A stretch of 64,000 nt of DNA from an uncultured Patescibacteria group bacterium (GCA_934699595.1 CAKUWT010000001.1:289033-353032); one strand, 5' to 3'. Counted from the first letter of the stretch, positions 38,623 to 49,647 are shown. Numbers and translations are program-made. Notes: generated from the sequence alone by a model not told the origin.

Positions 38623-39192
38623 CTAATTTTGCTTAGTAATTCCCAGCTTCGCCATCACCGCATCCGTCTCTCGCTGCAGATCTTTAATGCTTCTGGTATT
38701 AAAAACCGTATAATCAGCCGCTGCCATAACGGCTCCTTTCTGCATCCCATGCGGGTCTGGATCATTCTTTTCTAATTCTTCATGAGCCAAGAATTCGTCA
38801 TAAGTTACTTGGTCGGAAGAAGATTGGCGTCTTCTGATGCGCTCATAACGCACCCGTGGGTCAGCGTCTACCGCCAACAAGATACCGCTCTCAGCCCGTA
38901 AAGCTTCCACCTCCGCCAGCGCTCTAATCGACTCAATAATTATCCGAGACTGTTTATTTATCGATGCTTTATTAAGTGCCGTAGTAACGATGACAGCATT
39001 ACCGTACTTGGCTCTCATCTCGTTAGCTACTGTCCGCATCGTACTGCGATCGGGGGTCAGACCTTGTCGAGTAATTTCTTCCAAAATTAATTCCCGAGAA
39101 GAATGGTGTACGAAGCCGTAGGTTTCAACAAGGTACTTCACCAAAGTCCCCTTGCCAGCCCCGTCCGTTCCTGTTACTCCAAAAATAATCAC
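38623..39192 (-). CDS. P-loop nucleoside/nucleotide kinase-family protein
   Basis: A Walker A motif (GVTGTDGAGKGT) and a lid-like Arg-rich segment (RYERIRRR) are present. Confidence 0.4.
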   Translation of the reverse strand: MIIFGVTGTDGAGKGTLVKYLVETYGFVHHSSRELILEEITRQGLTPDRSTMRTVANEMRAKYGNAVIVTTALNKASINKQSRIIIESIRALAEVEALRAESGILLAVDADPRVRYERIRRRQSSSDQVTYDEFLAHEELEKNDPDPHGMQKGAVMAAADYTVFNTRSIKDLQRETDAVMAKLGITKQN

Positions 39193-39211
39193 TTGTCTGA
39201 CTTTGGTTTAA

Positions 39212-40192
39212 TTAGTTCTTTGTGACACCCTTTTTCTGAGACCATTGGTAATATTCTACCAAAAGTGGTGCTGCCACAAACAGTGACGAGTAAGCACCAG
39301 CCGCTACTCCAACAAATAGTACCAGGGCAAAGATTTGGGTGACACTGCCGCCAAAGAAGTAGAGACACGCCAAAGCAATCATGGTAGTCATCGAAGTATT
39401 GATAGAGCGAGCTACTGACTGTGAGACTGCTTGGCCGACAACATCCTCAAATGGTGTGGTTAATTCATGGGTAACCTCTTCTTTAGTCACGCCACCACTA
39501 TCCTTCACACGGATCTTTTTCTCCACACGATGTAATTGCAAATTTTCTCGCACTCGGTCAAAAACTACAATCGTGTCATTCACTGAATATCCCAGCACCG
39601 CCAAGATCGCAGTAATAAAGAGCACATCAACCTCCAGCCCCAGCAGGTGTCCGAGCAAGCTCATCATTGCCGCTGGCAGCAACACGTCGTGCGCTAAAGA
39701 TACTAAAGTAATACCACCAAAAACCCAAGAGCTTACCGGTCGGCCCACACCCATAAAAGCGTAAGCAATGTACAAAATAATAATCAACGCCACTGCACCC
39801 ATCGCCCAGTAAGACTTCTGGGCTAGTTCCGAACCAATTGACGGCCCAATAGAGGTAAAGCGCTCAACTTCACCGTCACCAAGGCTGGTGACTGATGCTT
39901 CCAGCTGAGTACGCTCAGCATCATTCAGGTGACGAGTGCTAATCTGCACCGCCTGTCGCCCGGAAGCCGTCTCGCCAGCCCGACGCAGCGAGAAGGCGCC
40001 ATAGTCCAGCTTGCCCACCTCGCTTTCTAATTCATGATTGTCTGGAGCGGTCACGTAGCTCACCTCCAACATTGATCCTCCGGTAAACTCAATCCCCGGC
40101 TTCAATCCGTAACGCATCAACACCACGATGGCGAACAGTGAAATTAGTCCTGAGAGGATGAGAAATAAATTTTTGTGTTTAACTGCAAACAT
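39212..40192 (-). CDS. secF: protein translocase subunit SecF
   Basis: SecD/SecF family TM architecture. The motifs GGSMLEVSY and the C-terminal region are conserved. The gene lies directly downstream of secD. Confidence 0.75.
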   Translation of the reverse strand: MFAVKHKNLFLILSGLISLFAIVVLMRYGLKPGIEFTGGSMLEVSYVTAPDNHELESEVGKLDYGAFSLRRAGETASGRQAVQISTRHLNDAERTQLEASVTSLGDGEVERFTSIGPSIGSELAQKSYWAMGAVALIIILYIAYAFMGVGRPVSSWVFGGITLVSLAHDVLLPAAMMSLLGHLLGLEVDVLFITAILAVLGYSVNDTIVVFDRVRENLQLHRVEKKIRVKDSGGVTKEEVTHELTTPFEDVVGQAVSQSVARSINTSMTTMIALACLYFFGGSVTQIFALVLFVGVAAGAYSSLFVAAPLLVEYYQWSQKKGVTKN

Positions 40193-40196
40193 AAGA

Positions 40197-41615
40197 CTAT
40201 TTGTGTGTTATTCCTGCTCCTAATAACCATGACAGCAACCCGCCATCTGCTCGCTTCCGTTCCGGCAAAGTCATCATTAAAGTTCTGGTTAGAGTGATAG
40301 CGGTAAACATCGACACCAGCACCCCAAGACCAAACACTAAGGCAAACCCTTTTACCATGGCTGTACCAAACCAGAACAGGACAATAGCAGTCAGAATACT
40401 GGTAAGGTTACCGTCGCGAATCGCGCTCCAGGCTCGAGAGAAACCTTCGCGAGCCGCTTCACGACTATTTTTACCAGCTCGAAACTCTTCTTTAAAGCGC
40501 TCAAAAATGAGTACGTTCGCGTCCACCGCCATACCAAGCGACAGAATCAACCCAGCTAGACCGGCCGCGGTAATGGTGACCGGAATATACTGAAACAGAG
40601 CTAAAGTAATCACGGCATACACTACCAACATCAAGGAAGCCAAGACCCCTAACAGGCGATACCAGAAAACCATAAACAGTGACACCATCGCTAAACCAAT
40701 CATGGCCGCCATCATACCCTTGGTTAGAATCTCGGTACCTAAAGTAGCACCAATGGTTTGAGTACTGACCAAATCAATCGGTACCGGTAAAGCACCCAAG
40801 TTGAGGCTTTGCGCCAATTCTTTAGCCTCGGTCGGAGTAAAGCCACCAGAAATCATGGCCGTGCCACCAGTAATAGCCTCGTTAATATTTGGTGCTGACA
40901 ACACCTCGCCATCGAGGAAGATGGCTAGTTGCCGGCCAATATTGGCTCGAGTAATTTCAGCAAACAAATCTCCGCCCTCTTTATTAAACTTAATTGACAC
41001 CACCGGTTCACCGGCCATTCCTTGTCCAGAGCTGGTAAATTCCAAGGCGGCGCTTTCCAAATAGCGTCCAGTGAGGCCGGTATCAACGTATGGGTTAGGC
41101 AAATTAAGCTGGGAAAAATCTAACTGCCCATCTTCATTTAGGGTCACAGCCTGAGTATCAATCTTTTGCAGAGCGGCGGCCGCTTCTGGATCTACCAGCT
41201 TAAATTCCAACAACGGTGTACGACCGATTTCAGCCACCGCTTCGTCGACGTCAGTAATACCTGGCAACTCCACCACTAAACGATACGTGCCCTCGCTCGC
41301 CACAAAACTGGCTTGCTCCACTCGCACCACTGGCTCAGACACACCAAAGACATTGATTCGGGTTTCGATAACACTGCGAAGCGTGTTCATCAACTCTGGC
41401 ACATCTTTCTCGGGTACCCCTGAGGTATCAGCTTCGTAAGTAAGCTGACTACCACCGGCCAGATCAAGTCCGAGTCGAAAAGGGTGTGCAGAATCAACCC
41501 CAACAGCATTTTGATAAACTAACCAGCCCAGTGCCAGCGGTATAATCAGCACCAACAAGGCCTTGATAAAATCTAGTGGTGTACGACCTTTATGAGTGGT
41601 TTTTGTATTGTTCAT
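40197..41615 (-). CDS. secD: protein translocase subunit SecD
   Basis: The motif LGLDLAGGSQLTYEAD, a large periplasmic domain and a 6-TM core are present. Confidence 0.75.
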   Translation of the reverse strand: MNNTKTTHKGRTPLDFIKALLVLIIPLALGWLVYQNAVGVDSAHPFRLGLDLAGGSQLTYEADTSGVPEKDVPELMNTLRSVIETRINVFGVSEPVVRVEQASFVASEGTYRLVVELPGITDVDEAVAEIGRTPLLEFKLVDPEAAAALQKIDTQAVTLNEDGQLDFSQLNLPNPYVDTGLTGRYLESAALEFTSSGQGMAGEPVVSIKFNKEGGDLFAEITRANIGRQLAIFLDGEVLSAPNINEAITGGTAMISGGFTPTEAKELAQSLNLGALPVPIDLVSTQTIGATLGTEILTKGMMAAMIGLAMVSLFMVFWYRLLGVLASLMLVVYAVITLALFQYIPVTITAAGLAGLILSLGMAVDANVLIFERFKEEFRAGKNSREAAREGFSRAWSAIRDGNLTSILTAIVLFWFGTAMVKGFALVFGLGVLVSMFTAITLTRTLMMTLPERKRADGGLLSWLLGAGITHK

Positions 41616-41668
41616 AATTATTCAGTCACTAATAACAGCGGTAATATCAGATTATATACCACAAATCC

Positions 41669-42478
41669 TTACTTTTTCCTATGCTCCAAAGCTAGTTGCA
41701 ACACATTTTTTAACAAAATGGAAATAGTCAGAGGCCCAATACCGCCCGGCACAGGAGTGAATAAACTAGTTACAAAGGCCGCTTCGGCATCCAAATCACC
41801 ACGCAAACTCCCTTGACTATCTGAGGTACCAGCATCAAACACCACCACCCCCGGCTTCAGATCCGAAGCCTGCAACAAGCCTGGCACGCCAGCACCAGAG
41901 ATAATAATATCAGCCGCTCTGATGTCCCCATCTTTATCCTTACTATCACGATCAATAACGGTGAGTTCACCACCTTGACTAGTCACGTATCGGGCCGCTG
42001 GTTCGCCCACTAACCGTCCCCGACCAATCACTACTACTTTTTTGTCAGTAAAACTGACCTGATACGCCCGGCTAATTAAATCAATTGCTCCGACCACCGG
42101 TGGTAAAATTTGTGCCACTGGAGTCTGTCCCGACAACACATCAGCGTCGTGACTGGCGGGCACGGTCTTTAAAATAGTATCACTGTCAAATCGTACTGGC
42201 AGTGGCAGCTGCACAATGACCGCATCACAATTGGGCAAGCTCTCAGTTATCACCCGCTGTACCGCGGTGGTATCCCGACAAGCGGCGACGTCGACCACCT
42301 CAACAACAATCCCCGCTTCTAGGGCTCGTAGTTTTTTGTAGTAGACAAATTTTTCAGTAGCCTCATCAGGCTCCGCTAGAATGACCACCAGCTTAGGTGC
42401 TGGTGTTAAATCCCTAGCTTCCTGAGCGACAGCTAGCAACAACTCCGCTGCTAATTTTTTTCCGTCGACAGCAATCAT
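41669..42478 (-). CDS. folD: bifunctional methylenetetrahydrofolate dehydrogenase/cyclohydrolase
   Basis: The sequence IDGKKLAAEL...VVVIGRGRLVG...ISGAGVPGLL fits FolD throughout. Confidence 0.75.
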   Translation of the reverse strand: MIAVDGKKLAAELLLAVAQEARDLTPAPKLVVILAEPDEATEKFVYYKKLRALEAGIVVEVVDVAACRDTTAVQRVITESLPNCDAVIVQLPLPVRFDSDTILKTVPASHDADVLSGQTPVAQILPPVVGAIDLISRAYQVSFTDKKVVVIGRGRLVGEPAARYVTSQGGELTVIDRDSKDKDGDIRAADIIISGAGVPGLLQASDLKPGVVVFDAGTSDSQGSLRGDLDAEAAFVTSLFTPVPGGIGPLTISILLKNVLQLALEHRKK

Positions 42479-43599
42479 GATACTTGATGACTCTTATCTT
42501 CAGTCGGTGTCTCCTCCGCAATTTTTACTGGCCGAGCTTTCTTTAAGTCATCTGCTAAATATTTTTCGTAGCGACCGTCTGTGTAAGACAATGCTTCCTG
42601 ACTAGAATACTGGCAAGTATAAACGGTGGCCAATTTATCACCGCTTATCACGAGTGGGTAGGAATAGAAGCGCCAACTTCCCGGCGCTGTCGGTACCTTA
42701 CCTCGTGTACCATGCCAAAAAATAAAGAAAGCTAAGCGAACCATCCATGGGTAAATCGGCAGGACTTTTTTACCTACCGCCGCTGCCATATCAGCCGCTG
42801 AAACTGGCTCACCAGTAGGAGTGATATTAAAAATCTGATACTTTTGACTGAAGTTTTCAAACACAAACATACTGATAATATCCACCACGTCGTCCTCGTG
42901 AATAAACTGACGCACCCAGTGTGCCGTCGCGGGCATAAAAGCTGTTAATGCAGTAACCAAGCGGAAAACTCCGCCGCCTTTCAGATTACCCTGCAGTGCT
43001 GTTTGTAAACCAAAGCGATCTCGCAAATAGCGCCCCCGAGGTCCGGTTATGGCGGCTGGACGCACAACGAATATTTGTGGCGTATGCGTATTAGCCATTT
43101 CAGCCGCCGTAAATTTAGCAAGCAAATTCTCTTCCACTTGCTTTTTCTCTTCCGCATACAAATACTCATCATCGCGAAAATCTTCCTGCTCAGTAAAAGC
43201 GTGCTCTAAAGTGTTGTCTTTTCTGGCACTGTAGGCTGAAGCAGTCGAGAAGTAAATTAATTTACGCACACTGCTAAGCTGAAAGGCGAAATCAAACACC
43301 CGCTCCGAGCCATCCACATTCCAGCGCCATTGCTCATCCTCACGCCCGTACATCGTACGAATTTGCCAGGCGGTATGAATGACAGTATCTGGTTCGTACT
43401 GAGCTGCCTCCTCCTGCCAACCATCGTCAGCAACGTTGGATTTTAAGTAAATTACTTTCTCTAGGTTTTTGGTACTTTCTCCCTGTGACTCTTTATCGAT
43501 GGCAATAATCTGCTTCACATCTTCTCGAGCCGCCAGCTGTTCCACCAACATCTCCCCTACGTAACCAGCGCCACCGGTTATTAAAATAGTCCTGCCCAT
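42475..43599 (-). CDS. NAD-dependent epimerase/dehydratase (extended SDR) family protein
   Basis: The N-terminus reads ILITGGAGYVGEMLVEQL, a Rossmann fold. Confidence 0.55.
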   Translation of the reverse strand: MGRTILITGGAGYVGEMLVEQLAAREDVKQIIAIDKESQGESTKNLEKVIYLKSNVADDGWQEEAAQYEPDTVIHTAWQIRTMYGREDEQWRWNVDGSERVFDFAFQLSSVRKLIYFSTASAYSARKDNTLEHAFTEQEDFRDDEYLYAEEKKQVEENLLAKFTAAEMANTHTPQIFVVRPAAITGPRGRYLRDRFGLQTALQGNLKGGGVFRLVTALTAFMPATAHWVRQFIHEDDVVDIISMFVFENFSQKYQIFNITPTGEPVSAADMAAAVGKKVLPIYPWMVRLAFFIFWHGTRGKVPTAPGSWRFYSYPLVISGDKLATVYTCQYSSQEALSYTDGRYEKYLADDLKKARPVKIAEETPTEDKSHQVS

Positions 43600-43688
43600 A
43601 AATAATCTTGCTCCAAAATTGAAAAGTAAAGCTAATAATCACCCTTAATTACCCGCCAGTATAACACTAATCTGTAACCGTTGCGGCA

Positions 43689-45089
43689 TTATTTTTTAAC
43701 CCTCAACCGCCAGGTCGTACCCCCGAGTCGTACCAAAATAGTCTTGATAGTCTTGATTGCGATGGTCATATCGAGGAAAAAGGACCGGTTTTTAATATAA
43801 TAAAGATCATAAGCTAGCCTCATTCTGGTTTCAGCAATTGACTGAGGACTAATATTTTCTCCCATGTAGCGCTGATTGACTTGAGCCCAGCCTGTCACTC
43901 CCGGCTTAACTAAATTACGAATGTAATAATACGGAATATTTGCGGCCGCTCGCTCCGCCAGACCCACGATGTCATTGCGAGGGCCAATCAGCGACATCTG
44001 TCCTCGCAAAATCGCCAGCACTTGTGGCAGCTCATCAACAGATAACTTGCGTAAAAGCGCCCCAACTTGCGTCACCCGATTACCGCTCTTACCATCCTCA
44101 GTGGTCCAGGTTGCACTCGCGCTCTGATTTTTCTCCATAGTACGGAGTTTGTAAACTCGCAGAGGCAGGTTGTATCTCCCCAGTCGTTCCTGATAAATAA
44201 ACAGTGGTCCCCTACCCTCCAAACGAACTGCCACGTAAATAAAAGGTAGTAGTAGCAATAGCAATACTCCCAGCGCCAAACTAACCACAATATCAAAGAC
44301 TCTTTTACCAAACTCATAAAGTGGGTTTCGCATCTGGGAAATGTTGTCCAAAAACCAGCTGTATTTCAGCGAAGATAGCGGCACTCGATCAAAAATATCT
44401 TCATAGACTTGATAAAAATCAACGAAGGTAATTTTATGATCTAAAAACGCCAGTTGAAACACTTTAGGTAAAATATTTTCTAAGTAGGTCGCGTAGGGAT
44501 TAGCAACAATAATCTCAATACGATCGCGTTTGATAATCTCCAGAAGCTTCTGTTCAAAATCTGGACATTTTGCTGCGGTACTTTTATCAACCAGACGCAC
44601 AAAGCGGTAGTTGTAACGATCGTTATTATTAACCTCATCAGCCAACTCAATTGCCTCCACTCCATCCGCCAACAGAATTGCCCGTCTGGTCGTCTTGCTA
44701 GAAAAAAAGCTGAACAAATACAGCCGCCAGACGGTTAGAAAAATTGTCGATACCAGTAGGTAAATAACTAAATTTGTCTTGGGAGTAATGCCGAGTGGAA
44801 AAGTAGCAAAAATCAATAACGCCACCCCGGCATTAACAATCTGAATACTGATAATCCTCCCTAGCAACAGCGACTTGAGGATGTTAGTGTGTTTATCGTA
44901 AAGTCCGCCCAGATAAAAAAGACCGATCCAAATAATTGTGAGGAGCAAAAAAGGATTGAGATGAAGCTCAATCAAATCCCGATTCGGCCAGGACAAATAC
45001 CGCACTCCTAAAGTAACCCATAAAGCGGAAATAAATAGCAGAACATCTCCGACCACCAATAATAATAATTCCCGACGTCTTTCTCCCAT
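43689..45089 (-). CDS. initiating polyprenyl-phosphate sugar phosphotransferase (bacterial sugar transferase, WbaP/CpsE-like)
   Basis: N-terminal TM helices are present. The C-terminal domain carries PLFIYQERLGRYNLPLRVYKLRTM ... DELPQ. Confidence 0.65.
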   Translation of the reverse strand: MGERRRELLLLVVGDVLLFISALWVTLGVRYLSWPNRDLIELHLNPFLLLTIIWIGLFYLGGLYDKHTNILKSLLLGRIISIQIVNAGVALLIFATFPLGITPKTNLVIYLLVSTIFLTVWRLYLFSFFSSKTTRRAILLADGVEAIELADEVNNNDRYNYRFVRLVDKSTAAKCPDFEQKLLEIIKRDRIEIIVANPYATYLENILPKVFQLAFLDHKITFVDFYQVYEDIFDRVPLSSLKYSWFLDNISQMRNPLYEFGKRVFDIVVSLALGVLLLLLLPFIYVAVRLEGRGPLFIYQERLGRYNLPLRVYKLRTMEKNQSASATWTTEDGKSGNRVTQVGALLRKLSVDELPQVLAILRGQMSLIGPRNDIVGLAERAAANIPYYYIRNLVKPGVTGWAQVNQRYMGENISPQSIAETRMRLAYDLYYIKNRSFFLDMTIAIKTIKTILVRLGGTTWRLRVKK

Positions 45090-45222
45090 AAGTAATTACT
45101 CCTAAGCATAACCTGTTTAAGGTAGTAAAATCAACCTTATTTTTTAACTCTATTCCGCTGCTCTGGCACTAGAGAAAAACTACTTTATAAGCTATGCTTG
45201 GTAAATAAACCGTCTCTACATT

Positions 45223-46362
45223 ATGACTATCAAACTCAAAACTGTACTCTTAGTAATTACCAAAGGCAATGACGGTGGCGCCCAAAAATATGTCTACGAT
45301 TTGGCCACCAATCTGGACCGGTCTGAGTTTCGAGTAATGGTGGCAGTTGGCGAAACTGGTGTCCTAGTTGACAAACTCAAGAATGCTGGTATTTCAGTTT
45401 ACCTACTTCCCGACCTCAGTAACTCACTGTCCCTGAAAAAAAATTGGCAGGCTGGTCTAGAGCTCCGTCGTCTAGTAAAGAGTATTCAGCCAGATATTAT
45501 TCACCTCAATAGCTCAGTAGCCGGGGTGATCGGTACCATTGTTGGCCGCCTCACACGTACCCCCAAAATAATTTTTACCGCTCACGGCTTTGCCTTTAAT
45601 GAAGACCGTCCGTTTTGGCAAAAACTTTGCTTTCGCTATCTCTATTGGCAAACCATGGTGCTCTCGACCTGGTCAATTCTGGTCGCCACTCCCCTGATCA
45701 AGCAAGTTTCTACTCTTGGTATTAAGCACAAGCTAAAAGTAATCAGACCCGGGCGCAACTTGGGGGCTGTCTTTTCTCGTGAAGAAGCTCGTGCCACCTT
45801 GACCAATTTTTACCCCGTATTAGCACCCTACCAAACAGACACCTGGCTAGTCTGCCTCGCCGAACTCCATCCTATTAAAGGCCACCGTTATTTACTTGAG
45901 GCCTTTCGAGAACTAGCTCCAACCTTTCCCCGGGCTCGACTCTGCCTAATTGGTGCCGGACAAGAAGCCGAACGTCTAGCCGATACTGTCGAGGAATACT
46001 CTCTGAGTAACCAGGTCCTTCTCCTTGGTCATCTCACGGAAGCGGCTCGCTTTTTAAAAGCTTTCGACATCTTGATTCTACCCTCTATTTCTGAGGCACA
46101 CCCATATGTCCTACTGGAAGCCGGGCTTTCTGGATTACCGGTCATCGCTACCGATGTAGGTGGCGTTACCGATATTGTGACCAATCAAAAAACCGGACTC
46201 CTGGTGCCGCCCCGGGATCCGACAGACTTACAAAAGGCCTTAGCCACGCTGCTGACAGACACCTCCCTGGCGAAGACTTACGGTACTTCACTAAAAGAGT
46301 CGTTGTCTGCCCGCACAGTAGAGTCGATGGTTAGCCAAACCGCCGCCCTTTACCGTCGCTAA
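45223..46362 (+). CDS. glycosyltransferase family 4
   Basis: The motif EAHPYVLLEAGLSGLPVIATDVGG is present. Confidence 0.6.
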   Translation: MTIKLKTVLLVITKGNDGGAQKYVYDLATNLDRSEFRVMVAVGETGVLVDKLKNAGISVYLLPDLSNSLSLKKNWQAGLELRRLVKSIQPDIIHLNSSVAGVIGTIVGRLTRTPKIIFTAHGFAFNEDRPFWQKLCFRYLYWQTMVLSTWSILVATPLIKQVSTLGIKHKLKVIRPGRNLGAVFSREEARATLTNFYPVLAPYQTDTWLVCLAELHPIKGHRYLLEAFRELAPTFPRARLCLIGAGQEAERLADTVEEYSLSNQVLLLGHLTEAARFLKAFDILILPSISEAHPYVLLEAGLSGLPVIATDVGGVTDIVTNQKTGLLVPPRDPTDLQKALATLLTDTSLAKTYGTSLKESLSARTVESMVSQTAALYRR

Positions 46363-46378
46363 ACTTAATTACCAGCCT

Positions 46379-47500
46379 TTAGTCAAACGGGAGGTTTTTA
46401 GCGGTCACCCGAGTGTGAGCATAACGACTCATCGCCATCACCATACCCAGAGCAAAAAACTCCATCACTAAATGCGAGCCGCCATAACTCAAGAAGGGAA
46501 TGGTAGTACCAGTGACGGGAAGAACACCAATATTAATCCCCACATGAATGATGAACTGAGTAATCAACAGAATAGCTACCCCAGCAATAAACAAAGTCTC
46601 GAAATTGCTAGCGGCCAAAACTGCATGTCGGAGGAGTCGCCAAATCAAAACTAGAAAAATACCGAACAACGTGAACGAGCCCACTAAGCCCCACTCCTCC
46701 GCGAAGGCGGCAAATATAAAATCTGTTTCCGGATACGGTAAATACAACAACTTTGACTGAGTGCCATAGCCCACCCCTTTTCCTAACAACTGGCCCGAAC
46801 CCACCGCCACAATAGACTGGTAGGCGTTATAACCGTCACCCTGAATATCTGAAAGTGGATCAAGAAAAGTATAAATACGGGTTTTTTGATAATCTGCTAG
46901 ACCAAAGTTCCAAGCCAAAACCGCTGCCACCAAACATATTGCCCCAAATGACAAAAAATGCTTCACACGTATACCTGCTACCAAAACCATGCACAACCAG
47001 ATAAAGAAGACAATAATGGCAGTACCCAAGTCTGGTTGTAAATACAACAGAACAAAATAAATCGCGGCATAAATACCCGAAGCAAAAATATGTCGCAGGC
47101 TGCCAATCTGCTCGTGTCGTTTAGCAAAATATTTAGCTAAGACAATTACCAGCACCAGCCGTGCTAGATCTGATGGCTGAAAAGCAAAGAAAGCAAAGTG
47201 TAAACGTTGAGTAGCCCCTAAAGTCTCCGAACCAAAAATCGGAATCAGCAACAACAAAAAAATACTAGCTAAGAAAATATAGAAGGTGCTGTTCCCTACC
47301 CGCAAGAAACGATAGTCGGGAATCATGGCTACAAAAAAAGCAGCGATGGCAACCCCCAGCCATATTAGCTGCTTTTCAAAATAGTGATTATCCCCCTGAA
47401 AGGAGTACATTGTCATCAGCCCGAGAGTCGTCAGTAAAACCGCGGCTCCAAACATGAGCCAATCAAATGACTGCCAAAAATTACGCCAGCGCTCAATCAT
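46379..47500 (-). CDS. SEDS-family peptidoglycan glycosyltransferase (FtsW/RodA)
   Basis: The motif GVGYGTQSKLLYLPYPETDFIFAAFAEEWGLVGS is present, with 10 TM helices. Confidence 0.7.
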   Translation of the reverse strand: MIERWRNFWQSFDWLMFGAAVLLTTLGLMTMYSFQGDNHYFEKQLIWLGVAIAAFFVAMIPDYRFLRVGNSTFYIFLASIFLLLLIPIFGSETLGATQRLHFAFFAFQPSDLARLVLVIVLAKYFAKRHEQIGSLRHIFASGIYAAIYFVLLYLQPDLGTAIIVFFIWLCMVLVAGIRVKHFLSFGAICLVAAVLAWNFGLADYQKTRIYTFLDPLSDIQGDGYNAYQSIVAVGSGQLLGKGVGYGTQSKLLYLPYPETDFIFAAFAEEWGLVGSFTLFGIFLVLIWRLLRHAVLAASNFETLFIAGVAILLITQFIIHVGINIGVLPVTGTTIPFLSYGGSHLVMEFFALGMVMAMSRYAHTRVTAKNLPFD

Positions 47501-47503
47501 AAT

Positions 47504-48949
47504 CTAATATCCGGCCGGAAACACAACTTTGGGCTTGGCCAAAATATCAATCCGAGCTGGACCGTCCTCACAAATATCTCTGGCGATTTCTGAATAAACA
47601 CGTTCTAAATCTGTGATAGTAGGTGCCAGATACGACTTCTTAGCATCCGTAGCGAGGTCTTTGATTAACTTCGTGTCCCGATCGATACTATGCTCATCAT
47701 TAGCAATAAAAAAGTCCCCGAAGCCAATAGTGTAGACTATAATCTCTTGGTCTTTAGCTTCTTGCGCCTTTTCTCGAGCATAGTTAGCTGCATACTCCAC
47801 ATCACGCTCCCCTTGCGAATTTAACGGACGAGTAACATCACCATCAGTCACCAGCACCAACACTTTTCTGGCGTCATCACGATGGCGAACACTCAAAAGC
47901 TCGTTCTTGGCGGCCGTAAAAGCAGCGCCCATATTAGTGTACTGGACACCGTCGGTACCCATCTTGGTCTGATTAATTGCCTGTAGTACTTTGTTGCGAT
48001 CTCCACTGAGCAACTGCTCCAACGGACTGGAAGGAGTGGTGGCATAGGACAAAAAGCCAACCTGATCACTATCTCGCAGCTGGCGCACAAAAGCCATAGC
48101 CGCTTTCTTGGCACTTTCGAGTGGCTCCGGCGGATTACCGCCGTCAGCCGCCATCGATCCCGAACGATCCAACAGCACCATTACATCGGTCGGAATCTCG
48201 CAGCTACGAACTGTCTTAGCGATCGGTCTCGGCCAAGTAAAAGTCACGTCGGCTTGAGTTTGAGGTAAAAAGTTTTCAATAACAGTATACGAGGAAGTTA
48301 GTGCGGTTCCTTGAGAATCAAAGATAGTAGCAACCACCTCGACATCTTCTGCTCCGCGGACGCTATCGTTTTCTAAACGCGCAGAGAGGGACGGTCTCGC
48401 GTCTGCATTATGTAAACTAAAGTCTACGACTTTAAACTGACTTCGAATTTCTAACACTGGCAACCAATTCTCTACTGGTTTCAATTCCACAGTAGTTTTA
48501 GTAGGAACCCGGCTTCCAGTATCAATACGACCCTCAAAAATAGGAGTACGGCTGTTAGGATACAGCGGTACCGAGCCAGATCGCTCTGTAATCAAGCCCT
48601 CATCATCATGAAGTTGTAATTTATATTCTTGCTTGGGAGTGCCGGCAATTTTATCTTTGTTACTGATATAGGCCACGGCGTTATACTGCCCCTCAACGAC
48701 CGGAAAACTATTCACCCAATCCACCTCCGGAGGCTGCACAGCAAAGGCACAGATACGAGCACAGGCACCACCGCAGTCGATACCGAGCTCGTCACCATTT
48801 TGCACACCATCAAAACAGGCAGCTGGCGTGTAAAAAGCTAAGAAATAAACTCCTATTACGAGAAAAGATAGGGTGGTGAGATAATAAAATCCGTATTCCA
48901 AACGACGTCTGAACGCCCACCATCGCCAAGCTGATTTCATCTTTGCCAT
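47504..48949 (-). CDS. membrane-anchored von Willebrand factor type A (VWA) domain protein
   Basis: An N-terminal TM segment is present. The MIDAS motif reads VLLDRSGSMAADGG. Confidence 0.5.
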   Translation of the reverse strand: MAKMKSAWRWWAFRRRLEYGFYYLTTLSFLVIGVYFLAFYTPAACFDGVQNGDELGIDCGGACARICAFAVQPPEVDWVNSFPVVEGQYNAVAYISNKDKIAGTPKQEYKLQLHDDEGLITERSGSVPLYPNSRTPIFEGRIDTGSRVPTKTTVELKPVENWLPVLEIRSQFKVVDFSLHNADARPSLSARLENDSVRGAEDVEVVATIFDSQGTALTSSYTVIENFLPQTQADVTFTWPRPIAKTVRSCEIPTDVMVLLDRSGSMAADGGNPPEPLESAKKAAMAFVRQLRDSDQVGFLSYATTPSSPLEQLLSGDRNKVLQAINQTKMGTDGVQYTNMGAAFTAAKNELLSVRHRDDARKVLVLVTDGDVTRPLNSQGERDVEYAANYAREKAQEAKDQEIIVYTIGFGDFFIANDEHSIDRDTKLIKDLATDAKKSYLAPTITDLERVYSEIARDICEDGPARIDILAKPKVVFPAGY

Positions 48950-49144
48950 AAAGTGTCCCTATTGTAACAAATAAAACTGAAGACGTAATTACGCTTAACG
49001 TATAAATCTCACAGTGTAACCACTTGCAATAAGGCGCAATAACTCAGCCCTCCTAAATGCCGTTACTCAGCCTTTTAATAAACTTGACTTTAGCGGGACA
49101 AAATAGTTAACTTATAATAGTCTGTACATGAATGGAGTCTGCAA

Positions 49145-49453
49145 GTGAATTCGCCCTCGGTCAAGAATACTGACTTGCTGTTGAACAAGAGCAATCTTTT
49201 AATTGCCATCGGTAGAGAGTTTAAAAATACACCATTTACCCCAGAATCACTCCTCGACCGACTGAACAACTGTTCGGCATACTACTTCCAGAGCGGTGCC
49301 TCAAGACAGTTCACCAGTCGCGACTTCCTGACCCAGGTCTTGCCCCTACTACTTGCCCTAGAAACCAGAGGTCTTGTCGAGAAAATCGACCCCGAGAACT
49401 ATCGCGTTTCTCAAAGCGGTCTGGCGGCCCTCCGGTCAGTTTCCGAATACTGA
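49145..49453 (+). CDS. hypothetical small protein (possible winged helix)
   Basis: The ORF has a GTG/ATG start region and is followed by a strong terminator. Confidence 0.3.
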   Translation: MNSPSVKNTDLLLNKSNLLIAIGREFKNTPFTPESLLDRLNNCSAYYFQSGASRQFTSRDFLTQVLPLLLALETRGLVEKIDPENYRVSQSGLAALRSVSEY

Positions 49454-49470
49454 GTCAAAACCTCGAGCCT

Positions 49471-49514
49471 GGCTCCAACTTTTTTAGACAGAAAAAAGTT
49501 GGAGCCTTTTAAAT
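49471..49514 (+). terminator. rho-independent terminator
   Basis: The hairpin ggctccaactttttt-agacag-aaaaaagttggagcc is followed by ttttaaat. Confidence 0.55.
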
Positions 49515-49568
49515 AACCCTTATTAACCCTGCCCAAACTGAGCTCATACAGAAGTAAAAATATAGATA

Positions 49569-49593
49569 AAACCACCCTAATTAGGGGTGGTTT
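49569..49593 (-). terminator. terminator hairpin after the duplicated 5S 3'-end fragment
   Basis: The hairpin aaaccaccc-taatta-ggggtggttt is followed by a T-run on the minus strand. Confidence 0.4.
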
Positions 49594-49601
49594 ATCTTAA
49601 T

Positions 49602-49647
49602 CTTCAAAACTTTAAGTTGGCGCCTACCTACTCTTCCCCAATTAAGG
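49602..49647 (-). repeat. 46-bp direct repeat copying the 5S rRNA 3' end plus its trailer (a 5S pseudo-fragment)
   Basis: The sequence cttcaaaactttaagttggcgcctacctactcttccccaattaagg at 49602-49647 is identical to 49723-49768. Confidence 0.6.
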